Made by a program: the position numbers and the translations under genes
Shown here: in pieces, positions 12,835 to 26,479 of the stretch
Layout: the number at the start of each line of letters is the position of its first letter
Numbering within the stretch: the stretch's first letter is position 1
The notes under the pieces: generated by a model
The model's input: the letters and a program-made list of their open reading frames with translations, nothing else
What the model was told of the DNA's origin: nothing
The model's database searches: none
Source of the DNA: Lama glama
Lineage: Eukaryota
Reading direction: 5' to 3'
DNA: 64,000 nt
Assembly (NCBI GenBank): GCA_028534125.1
Contig: CM052817.1
Coordinates: forward strand, 64,234,001-64,298,000

Positions 12835-14140
12835 TCAAGTCATTTAATAAGTACATACCTTCAATATATACTGGGCCCTATGGGGTGCCAGGGACAGAAA
12901 GGTGAAAAATATAACAGATGATCTTTTTTCTTAAAGAGCTAACAGTTGCGGGGCAGTGGGTGGGAAGAGATCAGCAAAACCAAGGCTCAGGCTGAGGGAA
13001 TGGGGTGGTGTCTTCGCGGAGACATGTTGCCATAGAAACTCAGAGGGGAGGCTCAGGGATGCGGAGGGAGGGGTGGTCAGAGGAAGCTTCCTAGGAAGTG
13101 ACACTTGAACTGTGTTTTAAAGGGAAGGAGAGGGGAAGACCACCTCCTGTGGAGGAAGCAGCTTGTACCAAAGGATCAAAGCCTGAAACAGCATGCCCAT
13201 CAGGAATCTGCAAGTGGGTCACCCAGGGACTTGCTAGAAATGCAAATTCTCAGCGGCCCGACCTGCCTCCTCAGAAACTCTGGGGGTGGGGCCCAGCAAG
13301 CCTCGTCTTCACAAGCCCTCCAGCTAATGGTGATGCACAGTCCAGTCTGAGAACCTCTAGGCTAGAGGTGGCTAAGCAGGGGCCTTATCAGGGCAGGCAG
13401 CAGTGTGTGTCCTGGGGACCAAGGCACCACCCAGGCTACTTGAAGCTAACCAAGGATTTTCAGCAAAACAGTGAGTGACAGGATCAGACTGCATTTTAGA
13501 AAAATCATTCCAGGACAGCACAGGGAATGAGCTGAAGGGAGGCAAGACTGCAGGCCATGAGACAAGCTGGGAGGCTACTGCAGTGATCCTGGTGACAGTG
13601 ACCCTGGCCCAGAAAGGCAGAGGCAATGGCAGGAGGATGAGGACAGAAGAGAAGGTTGCGGGGGACTCGGGACTGGGCGGCAGGAAGCACAGGGCATAAG
13701 GGTAGGACCATGGATTTCTGAACCAGAATGCCTGGATCTGAACCCTAAATATGTGACCCAAGGGCAAGTCCCTTACTCTCTATTCCTCAGTTTCCAAATC
13801 TATAAAATGGGGATATTCATGTCCATGAAAACTAGCTCCCTGGGAGCAGGACTCTTGTCTGCTGAGTTCATCCTGTGTCCCCCAACCTTAGAACATGTGT
13901 TTTGCAGTTGATCTTAAGTAAGTGTCTGTTGAATAAACAAGTGGATTCGTTGCGGGCGATGAGGAAGAGAGAGGAATTGAAGAAAATTCCTAGGCTTTTA
14001 GCTGAAGCAACTTGATAGGCTGTGGTGGCCTTCTGTAAGTTAGGAATACAGGTCGAGGAGAGTATTTCAGGAGAAAGATCAATTTTAAAGTTCAGTTTTA
14101 GACATGTTACCACTTGGATGAACGCTGGACATACAAATAG
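12835..14140 (-). mobile_element. Fragmented L2 with nested MER5A and MIR
   Basis: cagaggaagcttcctaggaagtgacacttgaactg, ggatcagactgcattttagaaaa, ggaggctactgcagtgatcctggtga, agttcagttttagacatgtt. Confidence 0.6.
13215..13360. mobile_element. MER5A (hAT-Charlie)
   Basis: cttgctagaaatgcaaattctcag...cagaaactctgggggtggggcccagcaa...acaagccctccagctaatggtgatgcaca...tgagaacctct. Confidence 0.85.
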
Positions 14141-14152
14141 AAGTGCTGGAAA

Positions 14153-14287
14153 GGGGAGGGATATAAATTAGGAGTTTGGGATTAACAGATACACACTACT
14201 CTATATAAAATACATAAACAAGGTCCTACTGTATTACACAGGGAACTAAATTCACTATCTTGTAATAACTTATAATGGAAAAGAATA
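14153..14287 (+). mobile_element. L1 3' UTR fragment (artiodactyl-type)
   Basis: ggagggatataaattaggagtttgggattaacagatacacactact...aacaaggtcctactgta...cttgtaataacttataatggaaaagaat. Confidence 0.85.
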
Positions 14288-15119
14288 CTGTCTGTGCCTG
14301 TGTATCCATCTGTTTTTTGTGTTTTTTTTTTTAATTTTGTTGTCTTTTTTTAAAAAATTTGTTTGCTTGGCCAGTAAAATCTACTTTCTTTTCTAAGAAT
14401 TACAGTGACATTTACATATTTTCTAGGGGAAAAAGTGACTCTGTTACTAAATAAACATCTCTGCCATTATAGTCAATGTATAATTTACACGTTTATAATT
14501 TACATTAGTCAATGTATAATTCTTTCATTTAAAAATGTTCTCATTTAAATGTAAATATTAAAAATACTTCAAAGAAATAACTGCATATTTCAGGTGAATT
14601 TCAGTAAACATGGTGCCTCAGTTAGAAATAACTGTTACAGAATCCCAGGGGAATGTAACTTCGATTTTTCCAGCATTACATAGAATGAGCGGAATGGTGG
14701 TGCCTCCCCCTCTGCCCCCATCACCCACTCTCATACACCCTCCTCCCACCACATGCAGGCAAAGGCACTACAGAAAACTATATTCAGAGTACACTGACCT
14801 CTTGTTAGAATTCAGAATGTTTAAAATGAAATCTTACTGATAACATTCATAACAAAGGCATTCAAGAAATCATCTTTGAGAACCACAAGTTCATATTAAA
14901 ACAGAACTGAATTTTCTCCCCTTGGGTCTCTGAAATGTTAAGTAAGTTCTAAGAGGAATAAGCCACATCCTACAAATGCCATGAAGGCTTCTTAACAGCT
15001 ATTACAGGACTTAGAATTCTGATCCAATTAAATAAGCACCAAAAAGAATGACACTAGGTACCTTCACTTCAAGCTCTTTTTTTTTCCACATGTCCACACT
15101 CATGTTTAAAATCCCCTCA

Positions 15120-15270
15120 GGAGTGATGGACTTGTTAGGTATCTGGATTGTAGTGGTGGTTTCATAGCTGTACACATCTATCAAAATTCATCAAACTGCA
15201 CATCTGAAATACGTGTAATTCACGGTACAGAAATTACACCACAAAAAAAGTTGTTTAAAAAATAAAATAA
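15120..15270 (+). mobile_element. Old L1 (L1M-type) 3' end
   Basis: tggattgtagtggtggtttcatagctgtacacatctatcaaaattcatcaaactgcaca...aattacacc, then A-rich tail. Confidence 0.7.
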
Positions 15271-16289
15271 AATTCCCTTAATATTTTCCCTGGATTAACA
15301 TCATCTTTCTGACGTTTTATATTCAACCGCAACCTAAAACATCTTGCAAGATGAATGCAGGATACAGGCAACACACCCCGGAGACCCGGACCCACTGATT
15401 ATCCTGCTGAAGGCGGCCGGCAGTGAGTCCTCTGCCGGGGATGACAAATAAAACTCCACATAAAATGTCCCATACACTGAGGCGTCTTTGATCCATCTCA
15501 CTGGCTCAATGACTCACAAAGGATGGGGAGGGAGAAGGTCTGAAAACAAAAGCGCAGACTGCCGGCACCATTTAGTTATTTATTCTGTATGTTCAGCTCA
15601 GTTTTTCCTCTTTTCAACTTTTCATGACACTATAAAAAGAAATGGAATGGATTCTTTTCAACCAAGACCATCGGCCCAGCATACTAAGGAGGAGAGTATT
15701 GGCTTAACACAGTACCCGTACGAACCACTGACTATCAACCTGCTCTCTCTAGTTACGTATTTTTAACAGGGGGATTGGGTTTTGACAAATCACTCTTTTG
15801 TACTGTTCTTTTATGTAAGAGTTTATTCCACAGCTCTTGCAAATTAATTTACAGAGAGGACAAGCTGTAGCCAAACCATTCAGTGCTTCAGGATGGAAGG
15901 CCGGGTTCTCAACAGGCACTGCCTTGGAAACTATCCATGTATGTGCACTCTGGAATGTTCCTTTTCTATCAGAGCTGTTTGGAAGTGTCTCAAGATGAAC
16001 AGCAGCGTGAATGATGTGTGAATATGCCGCACCTATTTCCTCTGGTTCAAAGATGCCCACAACTTTTTGTTCTCCAAACAAAAGCTGCATGACATTAAAA
16101 TAATTTGAAGACATAACAACAACGTGCTAGAGATCAACATGCTTCTAAAGTGATTTATTAATTCAGAAGAATGTAAAAGAGGAATATGGAAATAGGAATA
16201 TTTTTAAAGACTAAGACCATTCGTATTTTCCTCAAGTGAAAAGGGGTCATATAAAGGAACTCAATGAGTCATGAATAGTAACACAATTA

Positions 16290-16480
16290 AATGAGCACGG
16301 CCTTTGGTGACAAACTATGGTTCAAATCTGGACCCCAGCACTTACTAGATACAAGTTGACAGACTCAACTTTCTCACCTGTAAATGGAGGCAGTAATAAC
16401 ATCCTTATAGGACTGATGTGAGAGTTTATGAGTTACGGTCTGTGTTTTGTGTGTAGTAGAAACTCAATAAACAGGTTATC
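16290..16480 (+). mobile_element. MIR SINE
   Basis: ggttcaaatctggaccccagcacttactag...tttctcacctgtaaatggag...ctcaataaa. Confidence 0.7.
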
Positions 16481-18586
16481 ATTGCAATTAACAACGTCAT
16501 GGAAAAAGTCACTTCCTTAAGCATCAGAGAGGCTCACTTTTCAGGTAACAAAAGGTATTCATCATGTCATCTGTGCATTAGTCAATTAATCTAGCAGATT
16601 TTTTTTTTTTACTGGAACCGAAATAGTATATACTGTGGGAAAAAAAGATTACAAAACTGATTTTAAAATCTTTCTCTTTTTTTCCCCTCCTTTCCAAGAA
16701 ACTTCTTTTCATTCTCAATGTAAATTTTCATTTAAAGCTGTTTAACCGGAGAGGGTCACCATGGGAAAGTAAACCACTGACAGTATGCAGTAGGTTCACA
16801 CTAATTTACAGAGGTAGCATGATGCTTATGAAAAATAAGCTGGCTAGAAGCCCACGGTTTGCCCTTGAGCCTCAGCCAGCAGGGAAGTTTGATGCAGTGT
16901 ATTTAGTGAATGAAGAGACCCTGGGTGATTAATTAGTGCTCCATGTCAATCCCATCAGACAGGCTTTCAGCCAGAAATGTACAAGAAGCTGCCTGATTTT
17001 AACTTCCTCATCTCAAAACTGACTTCTGTGTGAACGTGACTTTGTTGAGCACTTTAAATATTGAAGGAAGATTTTTCTCCAAATCTTTTTTAAGACAAAT
17101 CCTGCTTCCTTTGACATACATTTAAATGGTAAATGGCAGACTGGATAGGGAACAATAAAAATAAGGAAGCTTGTGTGCAAACTCTCTGAGCACCGAATTG
17201 AACTAAACTCACTTCCCAAGTCCCTGATAAGTGTCTGATGCTCAAAAGAGAAAAATGTGCCTATGGATGAACAGATTTACTATACAAACCCAAGTATCCA
17301 TCAGCCTTTCAAAAAAGAAAGTCATCATAAAAACTGCATCAGTAACTTCTACTAGATTTTATTATTCAGTGATCAGTGGGTTATTTATCTTTTCACTGTT
17401 TGTATCACTAGGTGTTAAGTAATTTGCTTTTAACTCATAATCCTCTAGGTATTTCTGCTATGCATTTTATCCGTGGATTTCACTATGTCTAGATCCGTTG
17501 GTTTATACTGCTGCACAGACAGTTCTCTGCTGTTATTATTTCAGTCAAGCGTCTTAAATTCAGTTTAAAGAAGAATGAAATAACTTTCCTAAATTAAATC
17601 AGTCCCTTTAAATGAGGTCAACCTTTGGGTAGATGATTTGTGTAAACATAAAATGGGTCCTACATTCCTCTAAATTTCATCAGTAGTCAGGATCTCAGAA
17701 CTGGGCTACAAACATGAGACAGGGTGTGTAGTAAAGATATAAATATTCTATTCTGGCTTATATCATATTTTTCATTGTAGATGAAAGGCTCTACATGAGT
17801 AATGCTGTGTATAAATACCCTCACACAGAGGATCTACAGAACGGTGTACACACCCATAGGAACACATCTAAAAACATCTTCCATTATAAAATGCAGGTCT
17901 CATAGGCTAAAATCATTATCTGTTCCATGCTTCAAGAGCTGATGTTTAAAGGTACCAGGCTGTGCTTAATCAGAGAGGAGGCTGTTACTGATCTCTGCTC
18001 ATACTCAGCTGGAGCTGAAAGGAACCTCAGATCTATCAAAGCCATGTCAAAAAAACAGGAAATTGAGGATCTCCATGTAGAAGCTGGAATCCCAATGCCA
18101 ACCCAGTACTATCCTTTCTCAGATACACAGGAGTCCAAAGCAGCCCAGCAGATGAAGACCTCTGATCTGGGCAGTGGTCACAGCAAGAAGCTCCCGCTCC
18201 CAAGAGTCCACACACAAGCCTAATTTCATAGCTTTCAAATGTCAGCACAAAGGCAGCAAAGCACCCAAGACACCATACAATTTCTTAACAAACACCTCGG
18301 GGTCTGGGTCCCAGAGCGATTGGTAGGACACCCTGCTACACGCACAGGTTGATAAAATGACCACACAGACCAAGCTCTGATGGCACGTGCCATCTAGTCA
18401 CAAAGATTATAGGGATCAATTATTAATATACAAGCCAATTTGCAGCAGATGCCATCAATGAGATAGAAGGAAAATGGCAAGTTCAGAGAAGGCTACCAGG
18501 TACCAAGATGAGGAAGGGTTTCATGAGGGGGCACGGGTCTCAAGGGAGGGTGAGAATCTCAAGAAACAGATGGAGAGATTTCTGGA

Positions 18587-18750
18587 TCCATGGGTTTTCA
18601 ACCAGCAAGTTTAGTGGGTCAGACCAGCATTTTCTACACAGGACAGACTGTATCTCGTGTGGCGAGATGACGTGCTGCTTCAAGAAGCTTTTGTTTCACG
18701 TGTAAAATGTATTTCTTATTGAGGGTCTTGGTCAAAAAGTTTGAAAGTTT
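18587..18750. mobile_element. hAT-Charlie fossil (Charlie4z-like)
   Basis: tttagtgggtcagaccagcatttt...tgtaaaatgtatttcttattgagggtcttggtcaaaaagtttgaaag; related copies at ~30353 and ~47792. Confidence 0.6.
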
Positions 18751-21700
18751 TATGGAAAACGAAGCATGAAACTGGCTGGCTGGCCAGAAAACAGCAACTT
18801 GGTTATGAGGTCACTCTAAGCCAGACTATGGAGGGTCTAGAACATGGCATCAAAGAATCTGGATTTTATGTTGTAAAGACAGAGAAGTCATTATAGGTTT
18901 TTAGCCTGTCACTTTTTTTATTTTTAAGTTTTATTGACACCTACTGTGATTAGTATCTCACACACACGATCTCACCTGATGGTGACAACCATCCTTTGAA
19001 GTGGGTATTATCATCTCCATTTTAGAGGAGGAAAGTGAGAATCAGACAGATTATATAACCAGCCCATAAAATGAAGCCAGGTCTTTTGACTTCAAAGCTC
19101 TTAATGTTTAAAAAGAAACGAACCAAAATTACGAAATGATCAGAGCTAGGCTTTAGGCATATTAATCTTGCATCTTCAAACAGCTAAACTGAATAGACTT
19201 TAGACAACGACATTATGAGAGGGGTTTTTCTGATGACTCAGTTTCAGAATTTAAGACCCATTTAAATACAATCCCAGGAGAAAATCACACCAAAATCCAC
19301 AGTTAAAACTGCTCTTTCTTAATGACCCTAAAGAGATCTGAGTGCAGGTTCTTACTTCTCAACACTCCATTAGTAGCCCTTTTATTTCATCCCGCAGCAA
19401 CGAAGTTAATGACTGTTATCACTTGAAAAATTCTTTGAACAAAATACAAAAATAGGTGCAAATGCTAAGTCTGCCTAAAGCAGAAAAACGCTAACTAATA
19501 TAAAAGAAGCAACCGACTGCTTCCCTCAGACTCGCTCACTCGGGCCCTCTGTTCTCACACTCAGAGGCGCTGTCTGATCCCACCTACCTCGGGGACAACT
19601 GTGATGACGAATGGTGTGATCTGTGGAGAGGACAGAGCTCCCAGGGAAAGGCAGGCTGGAGAAAAGCCCGGATACTACCACCGGGAGGGCTGGTGCTGGG
19701 AACTTGCCAAGAGTCGGCTTCCTAATATAAAAATGTGAAACAGAAATAACAGTGGGTAGAGTAACGGTCTGTCTAATTTAATGGGGGAAAAGGTTAAGAC
19801 TTTGTAAGTGGTGATATCTGCTAAATAGAACTCGGAAGGTAGGAGTACTGAGCGGTCAAAGAAAGAAAATGCGCTTCTCCCTTTCTGCTAAAATAGCACA
19901 GCAATAAGAATCAAAGAAGCTGCCCACAAAGCCCAAACAGCCCAGTCGCCCACAGCTTGGAGAAACCAGGATGGTAAGTGCTCCTCTGCCCAGTGCGTGA
20001 GTTGGACAGAGAAGGTGTACTGAGTAGCCAGCAAATCAGAAAAATCAGTGGAGCACAGGCTTCTGCTCTGCACACTCTCATCTACTCGCTGCTTCTTGAC
20101 TGACATATGGACCTTCTTCAAAAGAAAAAACTGACTCTTAGTGTTGACTTAATTTACTTTTACTAAAATACTCCTGAAATGTGCAGAAACAGAAAACTGG
20201 TATAAAATCCCCAATACATTTATAAATCAACTCCAAACACTATCAAACCAACAAAAACTCAAACTAGTCACAGTAACTAAATTTTTTGCTGCCACTAAAA
20301 CACTGCTGTAGCCTCTACTTGGTTCGATCTTTAATCCGTTTTGCAATTTTGACTTTCATAAATGTTTATGTAGAGAACACTTGTGTATGTAAGTATGTTG
20401 AATAAAACATCCAAAAACCCAGAGGCCAAATTGGGATGATCAGGCCTCATACTTAGCCCAAAGTCAGCCAACTATAGTAAGATGTCATGATAACTGCAGA
20501 GCTCTCTGCTTCACTTCAGAGGTAGCACTGCAGTATTACCGAAATTTGCATTTTTCCAGCTTTACTGAGGTATAATTGTACCCTTCAAATAGACAGAATT
20601 TAAAGCCGTTTCCACTTTCCCAGCTGCACTCTCTCCAGCCGTGCTCAGGCTACAGGAGTGGGAGCAAGGGGACGGGCGGGGATGGACTTAGGAAGAAGGA
20701 AATGGGGGTTAATCTGAGGAAGAGATACTTAGAAGCAACAAAGATTCTGTCTTTCCATTTGCAGATTAAACTAGAGGGGTTATTAGAGTCACACGGGATT
20801 ACACAGCTGTTATATTCTTTACTAGAATTACGGACCCCTTATGATGCGCCAGCGACGATCTTAGTGCCTTTAATACATTATCTAATTTAATCCTGCCACA
20901 ACCCCATTAGGCAGGTGCCCCATTTAACAGATGAGGAGGCTAAGGTGTGAAGGCGGTTATGTAATTGATTTTAGACCTTTCACTGCTAGATCCTGTGCTC
21001 CCCACCAAGCCCTCGCCACCCTCCCAATGTGCTAATGCCCGAACCAACACTCAGGTCTGTCTCTCCAACGCTGTCTCTCCCTGCCAGAAGCGGGTAAGAA
21101 CCCCATCCACAGCCAGATCCCTCTGTGTTCTGTCACCTGGCTCTAGTTCCATTTCCTCCGTGGCACTGTGATTTAAGTGCAGCACTGCTCCCCAGGGAGA
21201 GATGTCGGGGGTTGACCTCCCGTGCTCTGGGCCAGGCTAGCTGGATTCCAGCTGACTGCGGGACAAAAGGGGCCTGGGGGCTGCGTGGCCACCTGCAAGG
21301 GGCTCAGCGTGATGCGCGGCATGGATTTTTTCTAGAGCACGAGCAGCAATAGGGGAAAGCACACTCCCCAGAAGGCGTGGGCCTCTCCCACTCTTAGGCC
21401 AACCACATTCAGATCCAACCGAGAACACAGACTGTTCCAAGGCCACAGAGCTCAAGGCCTGAAAGGGACGATGCGTCAAAGGCTCCAGAGGCAACCGTTC
21501 ACTATGAAATTGCTCCATTTTCAAAACAATGACTCTGCACACTTCCCCTCTCAGGATCCAGCCAAAGAGCAAGAGTTGCTACTTCATGGCCATCCTGCCT
21601 ACTGTCGCACTCTTGGCCACCAACAGGTCTGGCCTGGGATAGAGAAACCCAGGGGTTGCCTCTGGCTGAGGGAGACAGGGTGGGGGGGGTCACACCAGTT

Positions 21701-22379
21701 TGCTATGTTAGCTCCTTAGTCTGCTAGAGGGTCCCCAGATGGGCAGGGAGGGGGCCAAGGACCACTGGTCTGGGCTGTCCCCTCACATCTAAGATCCACA
21801 TCTGTATGATTACTGCAACCTGCAGCTCCAAGCAGCAGACACACAGCCATAAACTAGTCAGTCTCCCCCGCTGCTGCTCTGTACACACACACTACTGTTC
21901 AGTGAAACATCAGCATCTATGGAATGCATGACATAGGAATTCCTTCTAAATTAATATTTTTACACTTTGTATCAGTTTATGTTGAAATATTTATCAAAAC
22001 GTTCTGTGACTGCCTATACAGGAATTACTCAAATTTATTCCATTATGCTGTTTGTTTTGTGCCAATTTTTACTGATAAATTTCCTTTGACTATAAAAGAA
22101 TTCATTCGAATTTATTTGCTATTACAGTTTGCTTTTGCATTACCATTATTCACCAAAATACTACGCAGGTGTGTGCTTTTTTAAAGTTCTGCATGTGTGA
22201 TTTAAAATGTCACATACCTATCAATGTATTACCTACTAAGTACCCATGAGTTTCCTATATTATCTGTAGGACTTAATAGTTGGTGGAGGGCTATAGAATA
22301 TTATTGTTTATCCAGATGTTATGATTTCCTGTTAGACTTCAGTATAATGTTTGCATAAACAAAATTCCCCCACAAAACA

Positions 22380-22854
22380 TTTTTTAATTAAAAAAAATTT
22401 ATATTGAAGTATAATTGATTTACATGCTGTATTAGTTTCAGGTGTACAGCAAAGTGATTTAGTAATACACCCACATATAAATATTCTCCTTCAGATTTTT
22501 TTCCATTATAGGTTATTACAAGATACTAAATATAGTTCCATGTGCTGTACAGTAGGTCCTTGTTGTTTATCTATTTTATATACAGTAGTCTGTATCTGTT
22601 AATCCCAAACTCCTAATTTATCCCTCCTCCTACCCTTCCCCTTTGGTAATCATAGATCTGTTTTCTATGTCTGTGAGTCTATTTGTTTTGTAAATAAGTT
22701 TCTTCATATCATTTTTTAGATTCCACATAAGTAATATCAGATGATATTATTCTTTCTCTGTCTGATTTACTACACTTACTATGATAATCTCTACATCCAA
22801 CCAAGTTGCTGCAAATGGCATTATTTCATTCTTTTTTATGGCTGAGTAATATTC

Positions 22855-22932
<78 letters not shown>

Positions 22933-23061
22933 GACAGACAGACAGAGGGAGGGGGGAACGAACGAACTTCTTTATCCAGTCATCTGTCGATGGGCATTTA
23001 GGTTGCTTCCATGTCTTGGCTATTGTAAATAGTGCTGCTGTGAACACTGGGGTGCATGTAT
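22380..23061 (-). mobile_element. 5'-truncated L1 with target-site duplication
   Basis: Reverse L1 3' UTR and ORF2 end (CTPVFTAALFTIAKTWKQPKCPSTDDWIKK in the ORF track); flanked by direct repeat ccccacaaaaca at 22368-22379 and 23062-23073. Confidence 0.92.
22858..22945. repeat. Compound microsatellite (TG)18-(AG)n-(GACA)n
   Basis: Directly visible; lies inside the L1 copy. Confidence 0.95.
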
Positions 23062-23610
23062 CCCCACAAAACACTTTCCAAGTCACTTTCAATACATTTA
23101 TGTTTGAAGTACTTACATCTTTTTTCCCAAATAACTGTTTGTAGTATTTGTAAAAATTAGAGTATCTCTTACAAATCTCTGTTTTTTAATACTGCATCCA
23201 AAACAGCAGAGGGAAGAGGTCCAGGAGCCAAAAGCCTCTCCCAGACTTCTGCCTGGACAGAATCCTAAACTCCTTATCCTCTCTCAGAGGCAGTGGGATC
23301 TGAGGTTCCCCAAAACACAAACAGCCTTGGGATCAAGGCACATCCAGATCCTTCTATTCACATGACTGCCATCAGTCCACTCCTCCCCAAACCACATGGA
23401 TCTCAATATGGCAGACTTGGGGTAAAATTGGCAATGTCTAGAATGGGAGAGCAATAAAAAGTTTACAGGTCATTCATCTCTCAACATCATGTTCCCTTCC
23501 AATTTCTTTTTCCTGACGACCTTTTGTATTTTGTAATACTCTTGGGGGGGACAAAGAACAGTGAGTAAAAATTTATGTAATTTATGCAAACAAAATTGGA
23601 ATTGACAAAC

Positions 23611-24127
23611 CGTGGTAGGCAGCCTCACAACGGCCTCTAATGTCCCCACCTCCTGGTATTCACAGCCTCATGTAGTCCAGTCCCTCCTACAACATAATAC
23701 CTGGGTTGCTTACAAAACCAACAGAATTCAATGGAAGTGATGGGCTGTCATGCCTAAGATGAGCTTATAAAAGATCCTGGCTTCTATCTTCATCACTCGC
23801 TGCTACAAGTTCTCGCTCTCAGATCAACACGGTGCTAAGGGAAGCCATACTGTGAGCAGCCCTATAGAGAGGCCAGAACTGAAGCCTCCTGCCAACCCAC
23901 ACACGAGTGAATCTGAAGGCAGACCCTCCAGCACCAGTCAAGTCTCCAGACGACTACAGCCTCAACTCACAGCTTGACTGTAACTTCACGAGAGAACTAA
24001 GCCATCAAGCCAGCTACGCCATTCTCAGATTCCTGACTCTCCAATCACATGAAATAATAAAAGTACCCACTTCAAGTGGGTAAGTTTGGGGGTAATTTGT
24101 TCTACAGCAATAAGTAACTAATATACA
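23611..24127 (+). mobile_element. MLT1 (ERVL-MaLR) solo LTR, MLT1F-like
   Basis: gtggtaggcagcctc...ccccacctcctggtattcac...gaagtgatggg...tttgggggtaatttgttctacagcaataagtaactaatataca. Confidence 0.85.
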
Positions 24128-24529
24128 TAGGTTTTCATAGTCTTCCTTGAGCTTTCTTCTGTTATTAAAGTTTCCATGACAAACATCATTTACTTTTGTA
24201 AACAGAGTCTAAAGTAATGTCCTAAAAACCTTCATCCTGTAAAAGGCTATGTGTGAGCATGACTTCCCAGGCAAAGATGGAGTTGGCTGTCTAATGTGGT
24301 AAATTTCCTCTGTCTTATGTCTTTCGATTCCTGGGCTGAAAACCATCCAGAGCACAGGCTTGATGGAGATGCTGCACAGCAGATGTGAGCATGGATAACG
24401 GTGATTTGAAATAGACTGCTTCGATCCTAAGATTCTACTGACACCTAAACATTCCCAACCGGTCTCGTTTTCCCTCCTCAAAAAAAATCTATCCAAGATG
24501 CAATTTCACTCAGAAAATATAATCAAAAC

Positions 24530-25285
24530 CACTACAGAAAACAGTATTGAATTTCCTCAAAAAACTAAAAATAGAACTACCATACAATCCAGTAGTTCCA
24601 CTTTTGGGCATTTTTCTGAAGGAAACAAAAACACTAATTCAAAATGATATATGCACCCCTACATTCACTGCAGCATTATTTACATTAGCCAAGATATGGA
24701 AGCAACCTAAGTGCCCATCAATACATGAAGTTAAAGAAGATGTGATGTCTGTATGTATGGGGTGGGTGTGTGTATACATACACACATACATATATAAATA
24801 TATAAAATGGAATATTACTCGGCCATAAAAAATAAAATCTTGCCATTATGACAACATGGATAGATCTTAAGGGTATTATGCTAAGTGAAAGGAAGACAAA
24901 ACACTATATAATTTCACTTATATGTGGAATCTAAAAACAAAACTAATGAACAAACATAACAAAACAGAAACAGTCATAGATAAAGAGAACAAACAGGTGG
25001 TTGCCAGAGGGGAAGGGTATGGGAGATGAGCAAAATAGGTAAGGGAGATTAAGAAGTACAAATTTCCAGTTATAGACTAAATCACGGGGATGAAATGTAC
25101 AGCATGGGGAATAAGTCAATAATACTGTAATAACTGTATGGTGACAGATGATAACTAGACTTACTGTGGTGATCATTTTGTAATGTACAAAAATATCAAA
25201 TCACTATGATATGCACCAGGAACTAACAGTGTTTGTAAATCAATTTTACTTCAACTTTCAAAAGTTTGAGAACAGAAAAAAAAAA
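24530..25285 (+). mobile_element. L1 3' end (ORF2 C-terminus remnant and 3' UTR)
   Basis: ORF 24547 reads FLKKLKIELPYNPVVPLLGI...ICTPTFTAALFTLAKIWKQPKCPS, typical L1 ORF2 C-terminus; followed by 3' UTR and A-run. Confidence 0.92.
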
Positions 25286-25294
25286 CTTAAAAAT

Positions 25295-25382
25295 ATTTCA
25301 CACTGTATACATATATCAAATCATCACTTTATATACCTTAAGTATATACAATTGTTATTTGTCAATTACACCCCAATTAAAT
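25295..25382 (+). mobile_element. Short old L1 3' terminal fragment
   Basis: tatacatatatcaaatcatcac...tataccttaa...atatacaatt...tatttgtcaattacacccca. Confidence 0.6.
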
Positions 25383-26309
25383 ACATACATATAGATTATT
25401 ACCCAAGATACTATGATCTATTATTACTTTCATTGTTGACTGAGGGCTGCAGAGGATATAGATTTAAATCAAAGAGCTATTTAGGATTAGCTTTTGGAAG
25501 AACTTCTTGCCAAGAAAACTTGTCACACAACCACGTGGGATGAACAATTACCCTGCCCCTGGGTGGCATCACAAGGCGGCACAATGACAATGGGCCTCAG
25601 CTTCAGCAAGTAGAGGTTCATACCCAGCTTCCATTTCCTTCTGGCTGTGTGACTTTGGATAATCACTATACCTCTCTGAAGCTCTGCTTCCTCACCCATA
25701 AAGTAGTGATAGCACCACCTGCCTTGGAGGTGTGCAGCTGGCCGCATTCCTTCCTTTTCTAGACAGAATGGAGAAAACCACATTCCTAGACCCTTTCTAG
25801 CCGTAAGACTCTCTGGTACAGGCTTACACTGGCTTGAGATAGATAGCTGTGGATTCATATCCACCAACCTTCCTTCTCTCTTGGCAGACTCTGAGACTCA
25901 CTTCCTGAACGATCCTCTCAGGAAGGCATGCATCCCTTTCTCCTGGAAAGAAACGTGGAGTAAGGCAGGAAGCTAAATCTCACAAAGAACACGCCACGAA
26001 CGAGTTGGGTCCTTGTAAAGCAAATCATCTCACCCCTCTGGGCCTTGGTAATCTTGTCAGGGTGTGTGGGGGATGGGATAAATGATTATACAGGTCATTT
26101 CTACCTCTAAAAGCCTAGATTCTAATTTAGGGTGCTACGGAGAATGTTTCAGAAGGCTTTACGTGTTATGACGGGGTTTTTGTTTAGGGGATAGATATTG
26201 CCACAGTTTTGCTCTCACTCTCCTCGCTCTTAATCTACCTTCATGTAAAATATTCTCATTCTCTTCGCAAAACAAAATGACTAAGGCAGGCTGGAGGCTG
26301 ACAGCTAGC

Positions 26310-26445
26310 AGGCTACTCTTAGGCAAGTCTCCCAACCTCTCTGTGCATCATTTTCCTCATCTGTGAGAAAGAAATAAGCGTGCCGTACCTGATAGGGTAC
26401 TGTGACGATTAAGTGAGTCAATGTATGTAAAGAGCTTAGACCACA
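26310..26445 (+). mobile_element. MIR SINE
   Basis: ttaggcaagtc...aacctctctgtgcatcattttcctcatctgt...gattaagtgagtcaatgtatgtaaagagcttaga. Confidence 0.8.
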
Positions 26446-26479
26446 CAGCAACTCCCACATACGTGTCCGTCACTGGTGC

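Noticed and set aside
14470..14521. 16-bp direct repeat tagtcaatgtataatt x2 with spacer (CRISPR-like)
   Set aside because: Only two copies in mammalian AT-rich DNA; a simple local duplication.
15749..16114. 121-aa ORF or possible terminal exon (FCLENKKLWASLNQRK*)
   Set aside because: No recognisable homology, weak pyrimidine tract, no supporting partner exons.
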